From Candidatus Heimdallarchaeota archaeon (lineage in GTDB: Archaea; Asgardarchaeota; Heimdallarchaeia; Hodarchaeales; Hodarchaeaceae), in assembly GCA_020353515.1 (NCBI GenBank), contig CP070695.1, forward strand, positions 4,394,823 to 4,458,822: DNA of 64,000 nt, in the 5' to 3' direction. Position numbers and translations under genes: made by a program. The notes below the pieces were generated by a model. The model was not told the origin of the DNA. It did no database searches and saw nothing but the letters and a program-made list of their open reading frames with translations. Numbering within the stretch: the first letter of the stretch is position 1; each line of letters opens with the position of its first letter. This document shows, one piece after another, positions 36,687 to 48,200 of this stretch.

Positions 36687-39600
36687 CTATTTCTCATTAA
36701 TTCTTTGCTGTACTTTTCTAAATATCAGAGTTATGAGAATAGTTGAGAGAATGATTGAAAACGTCCAACTTGGGGTTGCACTAATTGTAGGAATCTCTCC
36801 AAATTCTGTAGTAATTGAAGATGTCCAAGTTGAGGGTAGGTTCCTAGATTCTGAAAAAATTGAAGATGTCGTGCTTTGGAATGTACTAGGTGATGTTGTT
36901 TCAATTAAATTATGAATTGTAAATATACCGTCTGATTGGTCTTCTTCTACAATCCCTTGAGAACAGCTAGCAACAACTTCAATCCTATAGCTGCCACCAT
37001 TTAATACCTGTGTTGTATCCCAATAATAACTAGTTGTTGTCAAGTCCGAAGCTATTCCAATCCAATTATTTCCTCCATCGTCAGTATAATAAATTGCATA
37101 CATGATTGAATGACCCCACGAATCCGTACTAGCTGTCCATTGGATAGTAACAGAAGTGCTAAGGATTTCGCCACCATTTGGGTACAAAATAGTCGGTTTA
37201 GAGATAGTATGATTTTCAAGTGGGCTATTAGGAGATGCTAGAGGATAGGGATCTGTGTTACCAGCACTCCCTTCTATTCCATATGGAATATCTACAATTC
37301 CATCTCTATTATTATCTGGCCTTACCCAATCCCTCCAGTAATTACGATGGAAAATATTATTGGTCCCATCATCACAAGCCTGTGAGGAACCATCATTTCT
37401 GACAAAATCATTCTTTGTGATGATATTATCTCTTGATAACGAGTGTAAACAAATTGCATATTCATAGTTGTCATAAACGAGATTGTTTGATATTGTATTA
37501 TTTGCTGAATTCACAGAAATGCCATATTTGGAATTATCGTAGACATGGTTACCTAAGAGAGTATTTTCATTGACCAAGAATTCTAATTCAATACCTTGGT
37601 CATTATTCCTAATAACATTATTGATTATCTGATTGTAATTAACGGAGGAGCCCGCAAAACCCAAACGAATGCCGTACCAACCATTGTTTTTGATAGTATT
37701 ATTCAAAATAGTAATGCCTTCGACATCAGCTGACAACCAAATGCCCTCCTCTTGGTGATTGAAGATAATATTACCTGTAATAATAATATCATTAGTAGAA
37801 TAAAACAATTCAATTCCATTTTTACTTTCACAAATTTTATTGTTTTCAATTATTCCATGTGTAACATTATAGAGGTAGATAGAAGAATGGTCTCCATTCT
37901 TTCCATTTAGAAGATTGTTATTAATATGGAAGTACATATTTGTATTTCTAATGTCTATCAGGTTAATTGTAGCATCAGTAATGTTATAATGCTCAATTCT
38001 GAATGGATTACTTGGTGTACCATCGCCATGAAAGCCTAATGTTATAAAATCATCATTACTATCGATCAAAATCGGATCGTGCTCAATATAAGCCATTATG
38101 TTTGGATCAACACAAGGATTTGGATCGATATTGCCAGTCAAACCGTCTATCGGATAGGGTTGGTCTACAATTGAGTTTTTATCGTCATCTGGGATTGTCC
38201 AGTCACTCCAATAATTGTAATTGAACACGTTCCCAATTCCATTATCGAACCCCTGGTAGGTACCATAATTGTTCTCTATGTATTTATTCCACATTACTGT
38301 GTTGTTATAAGCGTTTTCTATGTATAAACCATAATTTATGTTCTGAACTATAGTATTACCAGTCACAATATTCTCATAAGATGAACCATATAACCTAATA
38401 CCATGCATATTATTGTTAGAGATAATGTTATCAGAGATATAGTTCTCAGAACAGGGATTTTCCACAGTACCTGACAATAAAATTCCACCAAAATTATTGT
38501 TAGTGATTGAATTATTGAGTAGGGTATTATTGGTTGAACCTGTTAACCAAAAACCAATACCCCCGCTATTATAGATAGTATTATGAGTCACAATGTTGCT
38601 TTTTGCATTTCTAAAAGTGGTTCCATTCCTAGTATTACGAATAATATTGTTTGTAATTGTACAATGAGTGACATTTTCAAGACAAATACCATTATTGGCT
38701 TCAGTCAGACCATTAAGCAAGTTATTAATGATAGTAAAATATACTGTAGTATTTCGTATGGATAACAAAGAAGTTGAGGCATTACTAATGCTATAACCAT
38801 TGATTATAAACGGGTTACCAAGTGTACCATTTCCAGGAAAGCCTAATGTTGCAAAATCACCATCACCATCAATGGATATTGGATCGTGGATTTTATACAT
38901 AACTTTACCTGGTTCTACCAGAGGATGGAGATCAAAATTCATTGCTGATCCATCAATTGGATAGGCTATATCAAAAATACCGTTATCATCAGAATCAGGA
39001 TTGGATGACCAATCTGACCAGTAATTATAATCGAAAACATTTTGAAAACCACTATCATAAGCCTGTGTATTGTTATTCCTGTTTTGTATGAATTCATTAA
39101 GTTCTATGCGATTATTTTCTGCAGAAGTATCTAACATTAGCCCATAATTAATATTTTTTAGACAATAATTTCTTAACAATCGATTATCATTGTTGGGGCC
39201 GCTAGCCCCTCCAACCAAAGCAATTCCGATAGAGTTATTCTTAAGAAAATTATTTTCTAACGTATTATTGCTACCACCATCAAGCCAAATGCCGTTTAAA
39301 CCATTATTTTCACAGATATTATTAATTAATGAGTTATTACAGCTGCAAATTGGATAATTTCCGAATATCTCAATCCCATCCTCACTATTATTAGAACAGA
39401 TATTGTTTACTAACTCATTCAAGTCACTTTGTATCAAGATGATTCCTCTACTGTTGTAACTGATGATATTGCTGGAAAGGGTATTATTATTGGCTGTTGA
39501 CAATCTAATGCCCTCGTTATAGTTTCTTTCAATAACATTGTCTGAGATGGTGTTATGACTTGAAGAAGAGAGCTCAATTCCAATACCACTATCCCTGATT

Positions 39601-40238
39601 TCATTTTGTGTAATGTTATTACTATGAGTCGAAGAACTTAGGTATATGCCTTGATACTCATAATAAATTGTGTTACCAGAAATAATATTTTGATTGGCTG
39701 ATGAATAGAGATAAATGCCTGCTTCATTGTTGTGGAGAGTATTGTTTGCGATGGTTACATGATTTGTGAAAGAAACAAGACTAATAGCATTCCAAGAGGC
39801 ATAAATAGTATTGTAGATAATAATCCCATGTGTAACGTTGGAAAGAGATATTCCATCATGGCTCCAACTCATGTCTTGAAGGAAGTTGTTACTGATTTGG
39901 AAATACACATCAGTATTCATTATCTTAATTAGATCAATCGTAGAATTAATAATTTGGTATCCGTCAATTAAATAGGGTTTTAAATACGTTCCATCTCGCG
40001 TACCAGCTAAATCCCAGCCCTCATTTGCAGCTTGGACGTGAAAATCACTATTTCCATCTATGAAAATAGGGTAATGATCTTGATAATGAATTGAAGATAT
40101 ATCTTGATGAGGGATATTGGAATTGAATTTATGTGAATTCAGGGAGTTTTGGATGTTCAGTTCAAATTTATGAAATGTGAGAAAAAGGGTTACAGTCAGG
40201 AACAACAGTATTATGGAATTTGATCCCAAAAGTTTCAC
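36687..40238 (-). CDS. Large cell-surface protein with three NosD/CASH beta-helix modules, Ig-like domain and C-terminal anchor
   Basis: Three units starting H.PI.ID...DF...G.GT..P..I and ending NYWSDW..PD....I.D.PY.I.G...D..P; PNGGE Ig-like domain; S/T linker, TM helix, basic tail. Confidence 0.85.
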   Translation of the reverse strand: MKLLGSNSIILLFLTVTLFLTFHKFELNIQNSLNSHKFNSNIPHQDISSIHYQDHYPIFIDGNSDFHVQAANEGWDLAGTRDGTYLKPYLIDGYQIINSTIDLIKIMNTDVYFQISNNFLQDMSWSHDGISLSNVTHGIIIYNTIYASWNAISLVSFTNHVTIANNTLHNNEAGIYLYSSANQNIISGNTIYYEYQGIYLSSSTHSNNITQNEIRDSGIGIELSSSSHNTISDNVIERNYNEGIRLSTANNNTLSSNIISYNSRGIILIQSDLNELVNNICSNNSEDGIEIFGNYPICSCNNSLINNICENNGLNGIWLDGGSNNTLENNFLKNNSIGIALVGGASGPNNDNRLLRNYCLKNINYGLMLDTSAENNRIELNEFIQNRNNNTQAYDSGFQNVFDYNYWSDWSSNPDSDDNGIFDIAYPIDGSAMNFDLHPLVEPGKVMYKIHDPISIDGDGDFATLGFPGNGTLGNPFIINGYSISNASTSLLSIRNTTVYFTIINNLLNGLTEANNGICLENVTHCTITNNIIRNTRNGTTFRNAKSNIVTHNTIYNSGGIGFWLTGSTNNTLLNNSITNNNFGGILLSGTVENPCSENYISDNIISNNNMHGIRLYGSSYENIVTGNTIVQNINYGLYIENAYNNTVMWNKYIENNYGTYQGFDNGIGNVFNYNYWSDWTIPDDDKNSIVDQPYPIDGLTGNIDPNPCVDPNIMAYIEHDPILIDSNDDFITLGFHGDGTPSNPFRIEHYNITDATINLIDIRNTNMYFHINNNLLNGKNGDHSSIYLYNVTHGIIENNKICESKNGIELFYSTNDIIITGNIIFNHQEEGIWLSADVEGITILNNTIKNNGWYGIRLGFAGSSVNYNQIINNVIRNNDQGIELEFLVNENTLLGNHVYDNSKYGISVNSANNTISNNLVYDNYEYAICLHSLSRDNIITKNDFVRNDGSSQACDDGTNNIFHRNYWRDWVRPDNNRDGIVDIPYGIEGSAGNTDPYPLASPNSPLENHTISKPTILYPNGGEILSTSVTIQWTASTDSWGHSIMYAIYYTDDGGNNWIGIASDLTTTSYYWDTTQVLNGGSYRIEVVASCSQGIVEEDQSDGIFTIHNLIETTSPSTFQSTTSSIFSESRNLPSTWTSSITTEFGEIPTISATPSWTFSIILSTILITLIFRKVQQRINEK

Positions 40239-40455
40239 TTTTCCATACCCTCTTCGATATTCCTCATTTTTAATTAGAAAGTCAGTTAATAAGGATTTTC
40301 ATATCTGGATCTACAACTGAATTCATCTCTATTTCCATTTTCCCAATATATCCCAAAGATCTTAAAAAGGATTTATGACATTGAATTTTCTAATTCATTT
40401 TAGATTCAATATTTAGAAATCTGTAAATCTCTCTACAAGGATATCGGGAAAAAAA

Positions 40456-42153
40456 ATGAGGAAATTGATTCTTATTGTACTTACTGTACTCATACTTGCT
40501 AGCTCAGTAGTAGTTTATGATTCCCACATATTGGTTTTGAAACCCAAATCAAGTACTTTGAATTGCCCGCCGAAAAATAGAATTAGAGAAGGCTACAGTT
40601 TTATCTGGGACGAGTATGATGATGCCCCTGGTGATCAACAAGGGGATGATAGTGTGGTCTTTGGTCCTTCGTATGGTCCTTACCATAACTATTCTGAACT
40701 TATCCATAAGTTAAAAGCTCTCAATACTACATATCCAGAGATTATTGAACTGTTTTCGATAGGAAGAACCTATTTTGGGAGAGAAATTTACTGTGCTCGG
40801 ATTACGAACGAATCTATTACATTATCAAAAACTGAAGTGCTGATCGTTGGTCAACACCACGCTCAGGAGCAAATCTCAGTTGAAAATGCTCTGTATTTCA
40901 TCGATAAAGTAGTTTCTGATTTTATTTCGTCTTCCACCTCCATTCAGAACCTTTTGAACACTAAGGCTATCTATGTGATCCCTAGCCTTAATATCGATGG
41001 CGCTGAACTGATGAGTCAGTTTCCCTGGCAGAGAAAAACTGCACGTCCAATTGACGAAGACGGAGATGGTGTTGAGGATGAATATGAGGCATGTGACATT
41101 GATATGGATGGATATGTTGATAAAATACATGATTCGTTCGGAGATTTCTTTGGTTATGAAGGAGTAGATCTGGATCAGGACGAAATAATTGGTAATGATA
41201 AACCAGGGGGAGTCGATCCTAACCGTAACTATGTCTACAATTTTGGGGATCCAGATGGTGCTTCTGATAGTCCTTCTGCTTGGAATTATCACGGCCCCGA
41301 ACCATTTTCTGAAAATTGTACAGCACAATTTCGTGATTTTGTCCTACAAAGGAATTTTATTACTGCTGTTTCTCTCCATTCTGGAATGGATTATACTATG
41401 ATAATAGGTCCAGGACACGAAGGTGTATTACCAGATGGGGTAGACTGGGACTTGTACACCAGCACAGGTACACAACTCGAAGAACTAACAGGGTTTTCGT
41501 ATGAAGCAGGGGGACCTGGTTATGCTACTTCAGGTGTGTGGGATGATTGGATGTATACTAATGGTACCCTTCTTGCTTTCACATTTGAGACTTATGGTAA
41601 CCCCTCTGGATACTTCTCAATTTATGATGAAAACACTGGTTGTACTCATTATAGGGGGGTGTGGGATTATTGTAATCCACCTGCAGATGAAGTGATGGAT
41701 AATAGTGCCCAAACATACCAGGGCCTCCTGTTTATGGCTGAAGAAGCCCCATACTTATTAATTGAAACTAAGAATAAGGAAGTAGGAGACCAGCTCCAAA
41801 TTGAAGTCACTGTTACTAATCCCTCCTCATATATCCGAACAAATGGTAGTGTTACTCTTGACTGTACGGTTTCTCAAGTCATAGGCCTGACTTTACTCCA
41901 AACAGAGTTAACCGCGAATCTTGGTGAATTAGGAGCGAAATCCAACAGCCAAACAACATTTAATTTTTCAATTGACAAACCAAACTATTCACTACATATA
42001 AAGCTTCGAGCATATGGCCCGAAAGTAGGGGATGCAGTTATAGAATACGATATAGATTCCTCTCAGGTAACAACAGAATCTACTATTTCAATTTCCTTTA
42101 TAGGAATAATAGCTGTTATGGTTTTTGTAACATTTAGAAGGAAAAAGACCTAG
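40456..42153 (+). CDS. M14 zinc carboxypeptidase, secreted and anchored
   Basis: YHNY.E, SIGRT..GREI, HHAQE, PSLNIDG, RKT, GVDPNRNY, SLHSG, FTFE; acidic DxDxDG loops; TM-RRKK tail. Confidence 0.88.
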   Translation: MRKLILIVLTVLILASSVVVYDSHILVLKPKSSTLNCPPKNRIREGYSFIWDEYDDAPGDQQGDDSVVFGPSYGPYHNYSELIHKLKALNTTYPEIIELFSIGRTYFGREIYCARITNESITLSKTEVLIVGQHHAQEQISVENALYFIDKVVSDFISSSTSIQNLLNTKAIYVIPSLNIDGAELMSQFPWQRKTARPIDEDGDGVEDEYEACDIDMDGYVDKIHDSFGDFFGYEGVDLDQDEIIGNDKPGGVDPNRNYVYNFGDPDGASDSPSAWNYHGPEPFSENCTAQFRDFVLQRNFITAVSLHSGMDYTMIIGPGHEGVLPDGVDWDLYTSTGTQLEELTGFSYEAGGPGYATSGVWDDWMYTNGTLLAFTFETYGNPSGYFSIYDENTGCTHYRGVWDYCNPPADEVMDNSAQTYQGLLFMAEEAPYLLIETKNKEVGDQLQIEVTVTNPSSYIRTNGSVTLDCTVSQVIGLTLLQTELTANLGELGAKSNSQTTFNFSIDKPNYSLHIKLRAYGPKVGDAVIEYDIDSSQVTTESTISISFIGIIAVMVFVTFRRKKT

Positions 42154-42169
42154 ATAATACTGTACTGGA

Positions 42170-43336
42170 TCAATCTAATGCTTTGAAAGCAGCCAAAATA
42201 TTTTCTGGGGGGACATCGGCCAGAATATTATGAGCCATGGCAAAAATATATCCAGTGTGATCACTAGCTAGGGTATCAAGAATTCTATTGACTTCCTGCT
42301 CTACCTGTAATGGGGATCCTCGTGGTAAAACTTCCTGGATATCAACTCCTCCATGAAAGCAGATTTTTGACCCATATTTCTGCTTTAGACTTGCATGATC
42401 CATTCTTGGCGTAGGTTGGACAGGATTAAGAATATCAAAACCCACTTCAATCAAATCAGGGATAATCTCTACTATAGAACCACAGGAATGTAACTGGATC
42501 TTTATATGAGGAAAATCCTTTTTTATTGAGCGGATTAATGTTTTAACCTTAGGTTTCACTAGGTCTCGCCACATTTGGGGATGTATTAGAAGACGTTCCT
42601 GGGTTCCATAGTCATCACCATACATAGCTATCGATACATACTCTCCTACCTCGCTTAACCATTTTTGCCAAATTAGTTGTTGATGGTCCAAATTCTTATC
42701 AAGGAGCTCTTCTACAATGTCCCTATTTCCATATAGATCAGAAAGAAAGGTATGAAATCCTCGGAGTCCTATTACTTGCTCTAATATTCCTCCAGACATA
42801 GGATCGGCTACTACTGCGTAACCTTGTTCCCAGTACTTTTTTGCTGTTTTTTCACACCCCAAAAACCATTCTTCAGTAGGAGAGGGGAGTTTATAATCCT
42901 TAACTTCTTCCAGGGATGCTTCTGTTAAAGGATATGAGGTCATCTCATAATATAAGATTTTCTGTTTTGAAGTCCCAATCGGTTCATATTTTATACCATA
43001 CATGTTATAGAATGAGCTTAACTTGCCATTTTCCCTAATCTCTTCTTTGTTAGGAGGATTTGCTTTAACGTGACGAGTATCAATCTGTAATTTCGTCAAG
43101 ACTTTTTCATCGATGACAGCTAATTGCTGGATTAAGTCAGAAAATTCTATGTCTTTAATCAGTATGTTCCAATATCTCAATAGCTTCTCATAAGCTATTC
43201 TGGAGATCCCGCTAACAGGCCCACCCAAGTCTCTGGGTATTCGATCTATTTCACGAAACTGAATGGCATTTTCTATTCGTTCTCTCGGAATCAATTGATT
43301 GACACCAACGACTAATTCTTTCGGAACGATATGCAA
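42170..43336 (-). CDS. Uroporphyrinogen decarboxylase / MtaA-CmuA methyltransferase family protein
   Basis: RG...FL.DL, GDDYGTQ, LHSCG, GFDILNPVQ, FHGGVD.Q..LP.G, HNI..DVPPEN. Confidence 0.85.
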   Translation of the reverse strand: MHIVPKELVVGVNQLIPRERIENAIQFREIDRIPRDLGGPVSGISRIAYEKLLRYWNILIKDIEFSDLIQQLAVIDEKVLTKLQIDTRHVKANPPNKEEIRENGKLSSFYNMYGIKYEPIGTSKQKILYYEMTSYPLTEASLEEVKDYKLPSPTEEWFLGCEKTAKKYWEQGYAVVADPMSGGILEQVIGLRGFHTFLSDLYGNRDIVEELLDKNLDHQQLIWQKWLSEVGEYVSIAMYGDDYGTQERLLIHPQMWRDLVKPKVKTLIRSIKKDFPHIKIQLHSCGSIVEIIPDLIEVGFDILNPVQPTPRMDHASLKQKYGSKICFHGGVDIQEVLPRGSPLQVEQEVNRILDTLASDHTGYIFAMAHNILADVPPENILAAFKALD

Positions 43337-43508
43337 AATCGATTTTCATTTTATTCTTTGGTTAATTATCCTTGGGATATTCTTTTTCTGTTCCTTTGGA
43401 CGATACACCACTCAGGATAGCTCATGAACATATAACGAAAGATCAGACCTCAGGAAAATCCTCAAAGATCACTCCCCTATACACAATTTTCAAATCTCTA
43501 GAAGTAAG

Positions 43509-43642
43509 AGTGGAGGAACGTTAGGTTAGTGACCTTCAGTTCCTCTACTTATATTGGAAAAGTGTTTCACTTTGTTGGAATCAAAGGCCAATGCTTTAAT
43601 TTAGTATAAAAAACTGAAATACATTTCTCACTTTATGAGAAT
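43509..43642 (+). promoter_or_regulatory. Hairpin+TATA+palindrome module, copy 1
   Basis: GGAGGAAC-N19-GTTCCTC (within 43509-43549), TATAAAAAA 43605, AATACATTTCTCA-N5-TGAGAAT to 43642. Confidence 0.5.
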
Positions 43643-43843
43643 AGTAGTGTAACTAGACTTGTATTTAGACAATTATTACTTTCAGTATTAGCATCTTATA
43701 AGTCTATTAACAAATAAAATACATTAAACTTCATTGTGCATTAATTCTTGACCTATTCAGAAACATCATTTGCAAGAAAGGTTTTAATCTTTCAGTATAC
43801 CGATTCATTATTTTTTACAACGTCATTTACACTCGGTAACTGG

Positions 43844-43994
43844 TGAAGAGCGGGGAGGAACATATGGCTGAAAAAGCCTTGGTTCCTCCCCAACTTCAAT
43901 GGGAATAGGCGGTATATAGGAAGATCTTATCTTCATCCTCGAAATCCTCAAAAGAATATAAAAAAAGAGAATACATTTCCCAACCACTGAGAAT
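43844..43994 (+). promoter_or_regulatory. Hairpin+TATA+palindrome module, copy 2, directly upstream of the wHTH gene
   Basis: GGGGAGGAAC-N20-GTTCCTCCCC (43852-43891), TATAAAAAAA 43957, AATACATTTCCCA-N5-TGAGAAT to 43994. Confidence 0.55.
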
Positions 43995-44002
43995 GACAGA
44001 TA

Positions 44003-44368
44003 ATGCGGATAACCAATCCAGCTCTGATTCAAGTATTAATCAAAGCATTAGCGGATAGTAATAGCTCTAACATCCTAGCTTTAACCGCTTCTCGCCCCTT
44101 ATCTGTTATGGATATTGTAGAAAGAACAAATATTCCGATCTCTTCCGCCTATCGTAGAATTAGCCAATTAGAAGAGCAAGGATTAATAGGTGTTGATCGT
44201 ACCATAGTCACACCAGAGGGAAAGTCATATAATAAATATAAAGCTTCCTTTTCTCAAGTAACTGTTAAATTTCAGGATGGAGAGTTTCTAGTTGAAGTTA
44301 TCCCAAATAAGAAGATTGTTGACAGAGCTGCACGATTATTCTTTTCATTTGATAGGAGGAAAGACTAA
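44003..44368 (+). CDS. Archaeal winged-helix (ArsR-like) regulator
   Basis: ALAD..S..IL......LSVMDI.....IPISSAYRRI..L...GLI, GK....YK. Confidence 0.8.
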   Translation: MRITNPALIQVLIKALADSNSSNILALTASRPLSVMDIVERTNIPISSAYRRISQLEEQGLIGVDRTIVTPEGKSYNKYKASFSQVTVKFQDGEFLVEVIPNKKIVDRAARLFFSFDRRKD

Positions 44369-44637
44369 TGGATACAATTTTGATTAGCGTTATATCGTCA
44401 ATTGTAGCTATATTTGCAGCTAGTCCTGCTTTATACTTCACTGTCAAATTGCGTCTTCAGGACAAAACTTTGTCGGTACTCTCTGCCTTACTATTTTTTG
44501 TTTTCTTTACTCACTCCCTGAAGCACTTGTCGATAGCTCTAAATCATGCTCTCATGGCTTCTATTATGGATACAGTTACTGCCATATTTCTATTTTTCTA
44601 TGCATTATATTATTGGAAAATATATAGGAGTCAATAA
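44368..44637 (+). CDS. Small 3-TM membrane protein
   Basis: Translationally coupled (TAATG) to the wHTH gene; three hydrophobic helices with an intramembrane HS.KH. Confidence 0.65.
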   Translation: MDTILISVISSIVAIFAASPALYFTVKLRLQDKTLSVLSALLFFVFFTHSLKHLSIALNHALMASIMDTVTAIFLFFYALYYWKIYRSQ

Positions 44638-44639
44638 AA

Positions 44640-44984
44640 ATGAATAAAGAACCCATTATTATTATACTTGAAACGACTGGATTATTGGCTTTAGTGGCAG
44701 CTCTTATTATTTTTATTATTATTATCTACCTTGAAATCAAACGAAATAACTTATCTCTTTCAAGTCATAGTTTCTTTATAATATTATTATTAATATGCTG
44801 GTTAGTAGTTGAACTTCTCTCACCATGGCTTTTTGGTTCAAACTCTCTCTTAGAACATTTGACACACTCTTTCTTACTTATAATTCTAGCAGTATGGATT
44901 AATCTTCGATTTTATTGGGCTCATAAGAAAGCGAGAGAGATTTCTGATTTAGAGTGGAAAATCCAGATTGAAAGTTATAAATAG
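44640..44984 (+). CDS. Small 3-TM membrane protein
   Basis: Starts 2 nt after the previous stop; three hydrophobic helices with E and EHLTH. Confidence 0.65.
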   Translation: MNKEPIIIILETTGLLALVAALIIFIIIIYLEIKRNNLSLSSHSFFIILLLICWLVVELLSPWLFGSNSLLEHLTHSFLLIILAVWINLRFYWAHKKAREISDLEWKIQIESYK

Positions 44985-45263
44985 CGATTTCTCAATAGTG
45001 TTCAGAAGATATTTCTGATGATACATTTACTATTACCAATTCGATTAGTACTTTTACTATAACTACGAGTATAGCTACCTCTTTTTCCCCCATTGTTGAA
45101 GTTACTTCATTTTATTACCCAGTGAATTCTTTATTATTCTCTTTCTGGATTTTCCTGATTCTGAGAAGAAATAAAATCAGAAAAGCATTTTGACCTTATA
45201 AAATTCTTGGATTCAGTTTAATTTATAACAAGAAAAAGAAACATTGTGTGCAGGGTATGAAGA

Positions 45264-48200
45264 TTGTTTGCTCGAATAAATTCTGTTACTAGATATAATC
45301 ATAATTTAACGAGACTTCATGCCATTATAACACAAATACAGTCAAAAATCATTGCTATCACGTTTATAGTTCTATTTGGTCTATCTGTATTCTCTCTTTT
45401 TCATATCAATGTCGTTTTGGGCGAAAAAGACTCAACATATCATTCTGTATCCTCACTAGAAAGTAAAAAATCATTCATTTTTGACACAATATCAATAAAT
45501 CAGGAAAATAATGTAGAGAGAAATCAAAATCTCATTGACATTAAAAAAATGAGAAAAGACCAATTAAAACTATTAGATAAGAATACCAATCAAATTGCCG
45601 ATAATTTAGAAAAAAGGATTCAAGAAAGTTCTCAAGAAAAACGAATGTCTATAATAGTTACAACAAAGACAAACGAGTTTCAAGGCGATGTGTTATTATT
45701 CGAGGCATACGGAGGGGTAATCCGTCATATCTGGGACAATCCTGATGACATTATTTATGGTTTTAGTGGAGAAATTCATGCTTCAAAAGTAAAAGAGTTT
45801 TCAGAGCAAGTCAAATCAAATATTGAACTAATAGAAGAAAACATACCTACTATGAGAAATTCCGATGTAGCAACCCATCTTGCAATGATACGAACTCATG
45901 TTTGGGATAATCTGAATTATACAGGAGATCCTAATGTGGCTATTGCCGTCCTTGATACAGGGATTGATGATACCCATCTCGCCTTTTCACCTGGATATCA
46001 AGATCAAAATTGGAGTAAAAAGATCGTGGGTTGGTATGATGCCACTGCTGATGGTTCAACGACACCAGAAGATTTTGGTGGACATGGTTCTCATGTCGCA
46101 GGAATAGTTGCTGCAAATGAATATAATAACAGTTATGATGACGAGAGAATTGTGTCTACATGGAGTTATAGTTATGATCCAGGACAAAGTGCTGCGGGTG
46201 CCTTTGTTTACATAATTTGGGTAAATAGAACAGGCACAATAGACATCAGTTATGTGTGGCAAGGTGAATCATCAGCAGAAGGAACAAATCTAAAACTGTA
46301 TGCTCCTAATGGCACTCTGATGGCTAGTAATACCTCTGGCAACTCGAATATGACTGTTAGTCGAAGTATTTCATCAGAGGAAGATTTCGGTTATTGGGAA
46401 GTGGCGCTTGGAGTTAGTTGGGGAGTTAGTGGAGGACAACTAGATATTGCAGGTGTTAATAAATATCCTTATCCTGAACCCACGGCCAATTATAGTCGGT
46501 TTTCAGGTGTTGCACCAGAAGCAAAACTTGTTGGAGTGAAGATATTCAATAAAACTGGCTCAGGTACATCGGTTGAAGTAATCAACGCTTTTAATTGGAT
46601 CAAAAATAACAAAGCGACGTATCACATCGCTGTTGCATCTGGATCTTTCAGTTCTTCAGGAACTGTCGTGTCTGTTGATTCTGCAGCGGCTGCATTGGTG
46701 AATTCAGGAGTTACAGTTGTCCTATCAGCAGGGAATGATGGTCAAGGTACAAATTCAATTTTCAGTCCTGGACAAGTTGATGGAGTAATCACTGTCGGGG
46801 CAACAGACGATTTTGATAGAATCACCTCATACTCATCAGAGGGCCCAGGAAAGACGTCGAATACGACAAAACCTGACATAGTTGCTCCTGGAGGAGAAAG
46901 GACTCAAGGAGCTATCCTTCAAGTTGATAGTAATGACGCAGACTCAAAAAATTCTAGTTGGAGCGATAAAATTGCTAATGATTTCACTAATATTCAAGGA
47001 ACCTCAATGTCTTGCCCGTTTGTTTCTGGATCAATAGCCTTACTAATTCAAGCTCTAGGTGGATACAATTATTGGGAAAATGGTTATGGATCTGCAACTA
47101 ATCCGTTCAAAGTTAAGCAACTGATCCTTATGACTGCCAACGAAATATATTTAGACAATAGAGGGGGAAAAGATGTTGTGGAGGGTTATGGAAGACTAAA
47201 TATTTATGCTGCTATTGAGGCAATCGAAAATTCTTATGAAATAGGAACAAAAACTAGTGGAGTCTTGTCATTTGAGCTAGGTAAAAGGAAAGTATGGGCA
47301 CAAAATGTAACTTTAACAACAGGAACGAATTACACTTTTGTGTTAACTGTTCCTGATGGTGCAGATTTTGATCTATTCTTGTATGAAGCAGACCCAAATC
47401 AATTTGGCGAACCAGTAGTAGCTACAAGATCAACAAACTTCGAAATTGGAGCAGATGAATACATTACATACACTCCAGAAGTAAGTGGAGTATATTACCT
47501 AGTTGTAAAGTCATCGTTTGCTAATCAGGGTTCAGGTACCTTCAACTTAACCTCTACGTCAGGGAGTGATTATCCAGTTGTGTCTATTGTTTCTCCAAGT
47601 GAAAATGAGGAACTTTCAGGGGAATATACAGTTCAGATTAGTGCATTAGATTCGGATCTGAAAGCTGTCTATTTAAAGGTCGCAGATGACACTTGGATAA
47701 ATACTACTTATACAGGAACATATTACGAGTATGATTATAATACTACAGCTTTACCTGATGGCAATTTCTCTTTTGTAGCAAAAGCAGTTGATTCTCAAGG
47801 ACACATAACATTTTTATCAGTAAGAAATAGTTATACTGATAATTTTAATCAGCCAATATTATTAGTTGATGATGATACAGGACAAGATTACGAGAAATAT
47901 TATACAAGAACATTACACAGATTTTCATTGCAAGGGGGTATTGGTTATGACTATCACAGTGTTCAGGCTTTAGGGAGTCCATCAGATAATTTGTTGAAAC
48001 AATATCAACTTGTAATCTGGTTTACATCAACAGATTCCAGTACTACGCTAACAGCAACTGATCAAAATAATATTATATCTTATCTCGATTCGGGGGGCTA
48101 TTTATGGATATCTGGCCAAGATATTGGTCAAGATATTGCCCCATCGTCATTCTATTCAAATTATCTTCATGCAAATTATGATGGAGATACTGTGGTTGAT

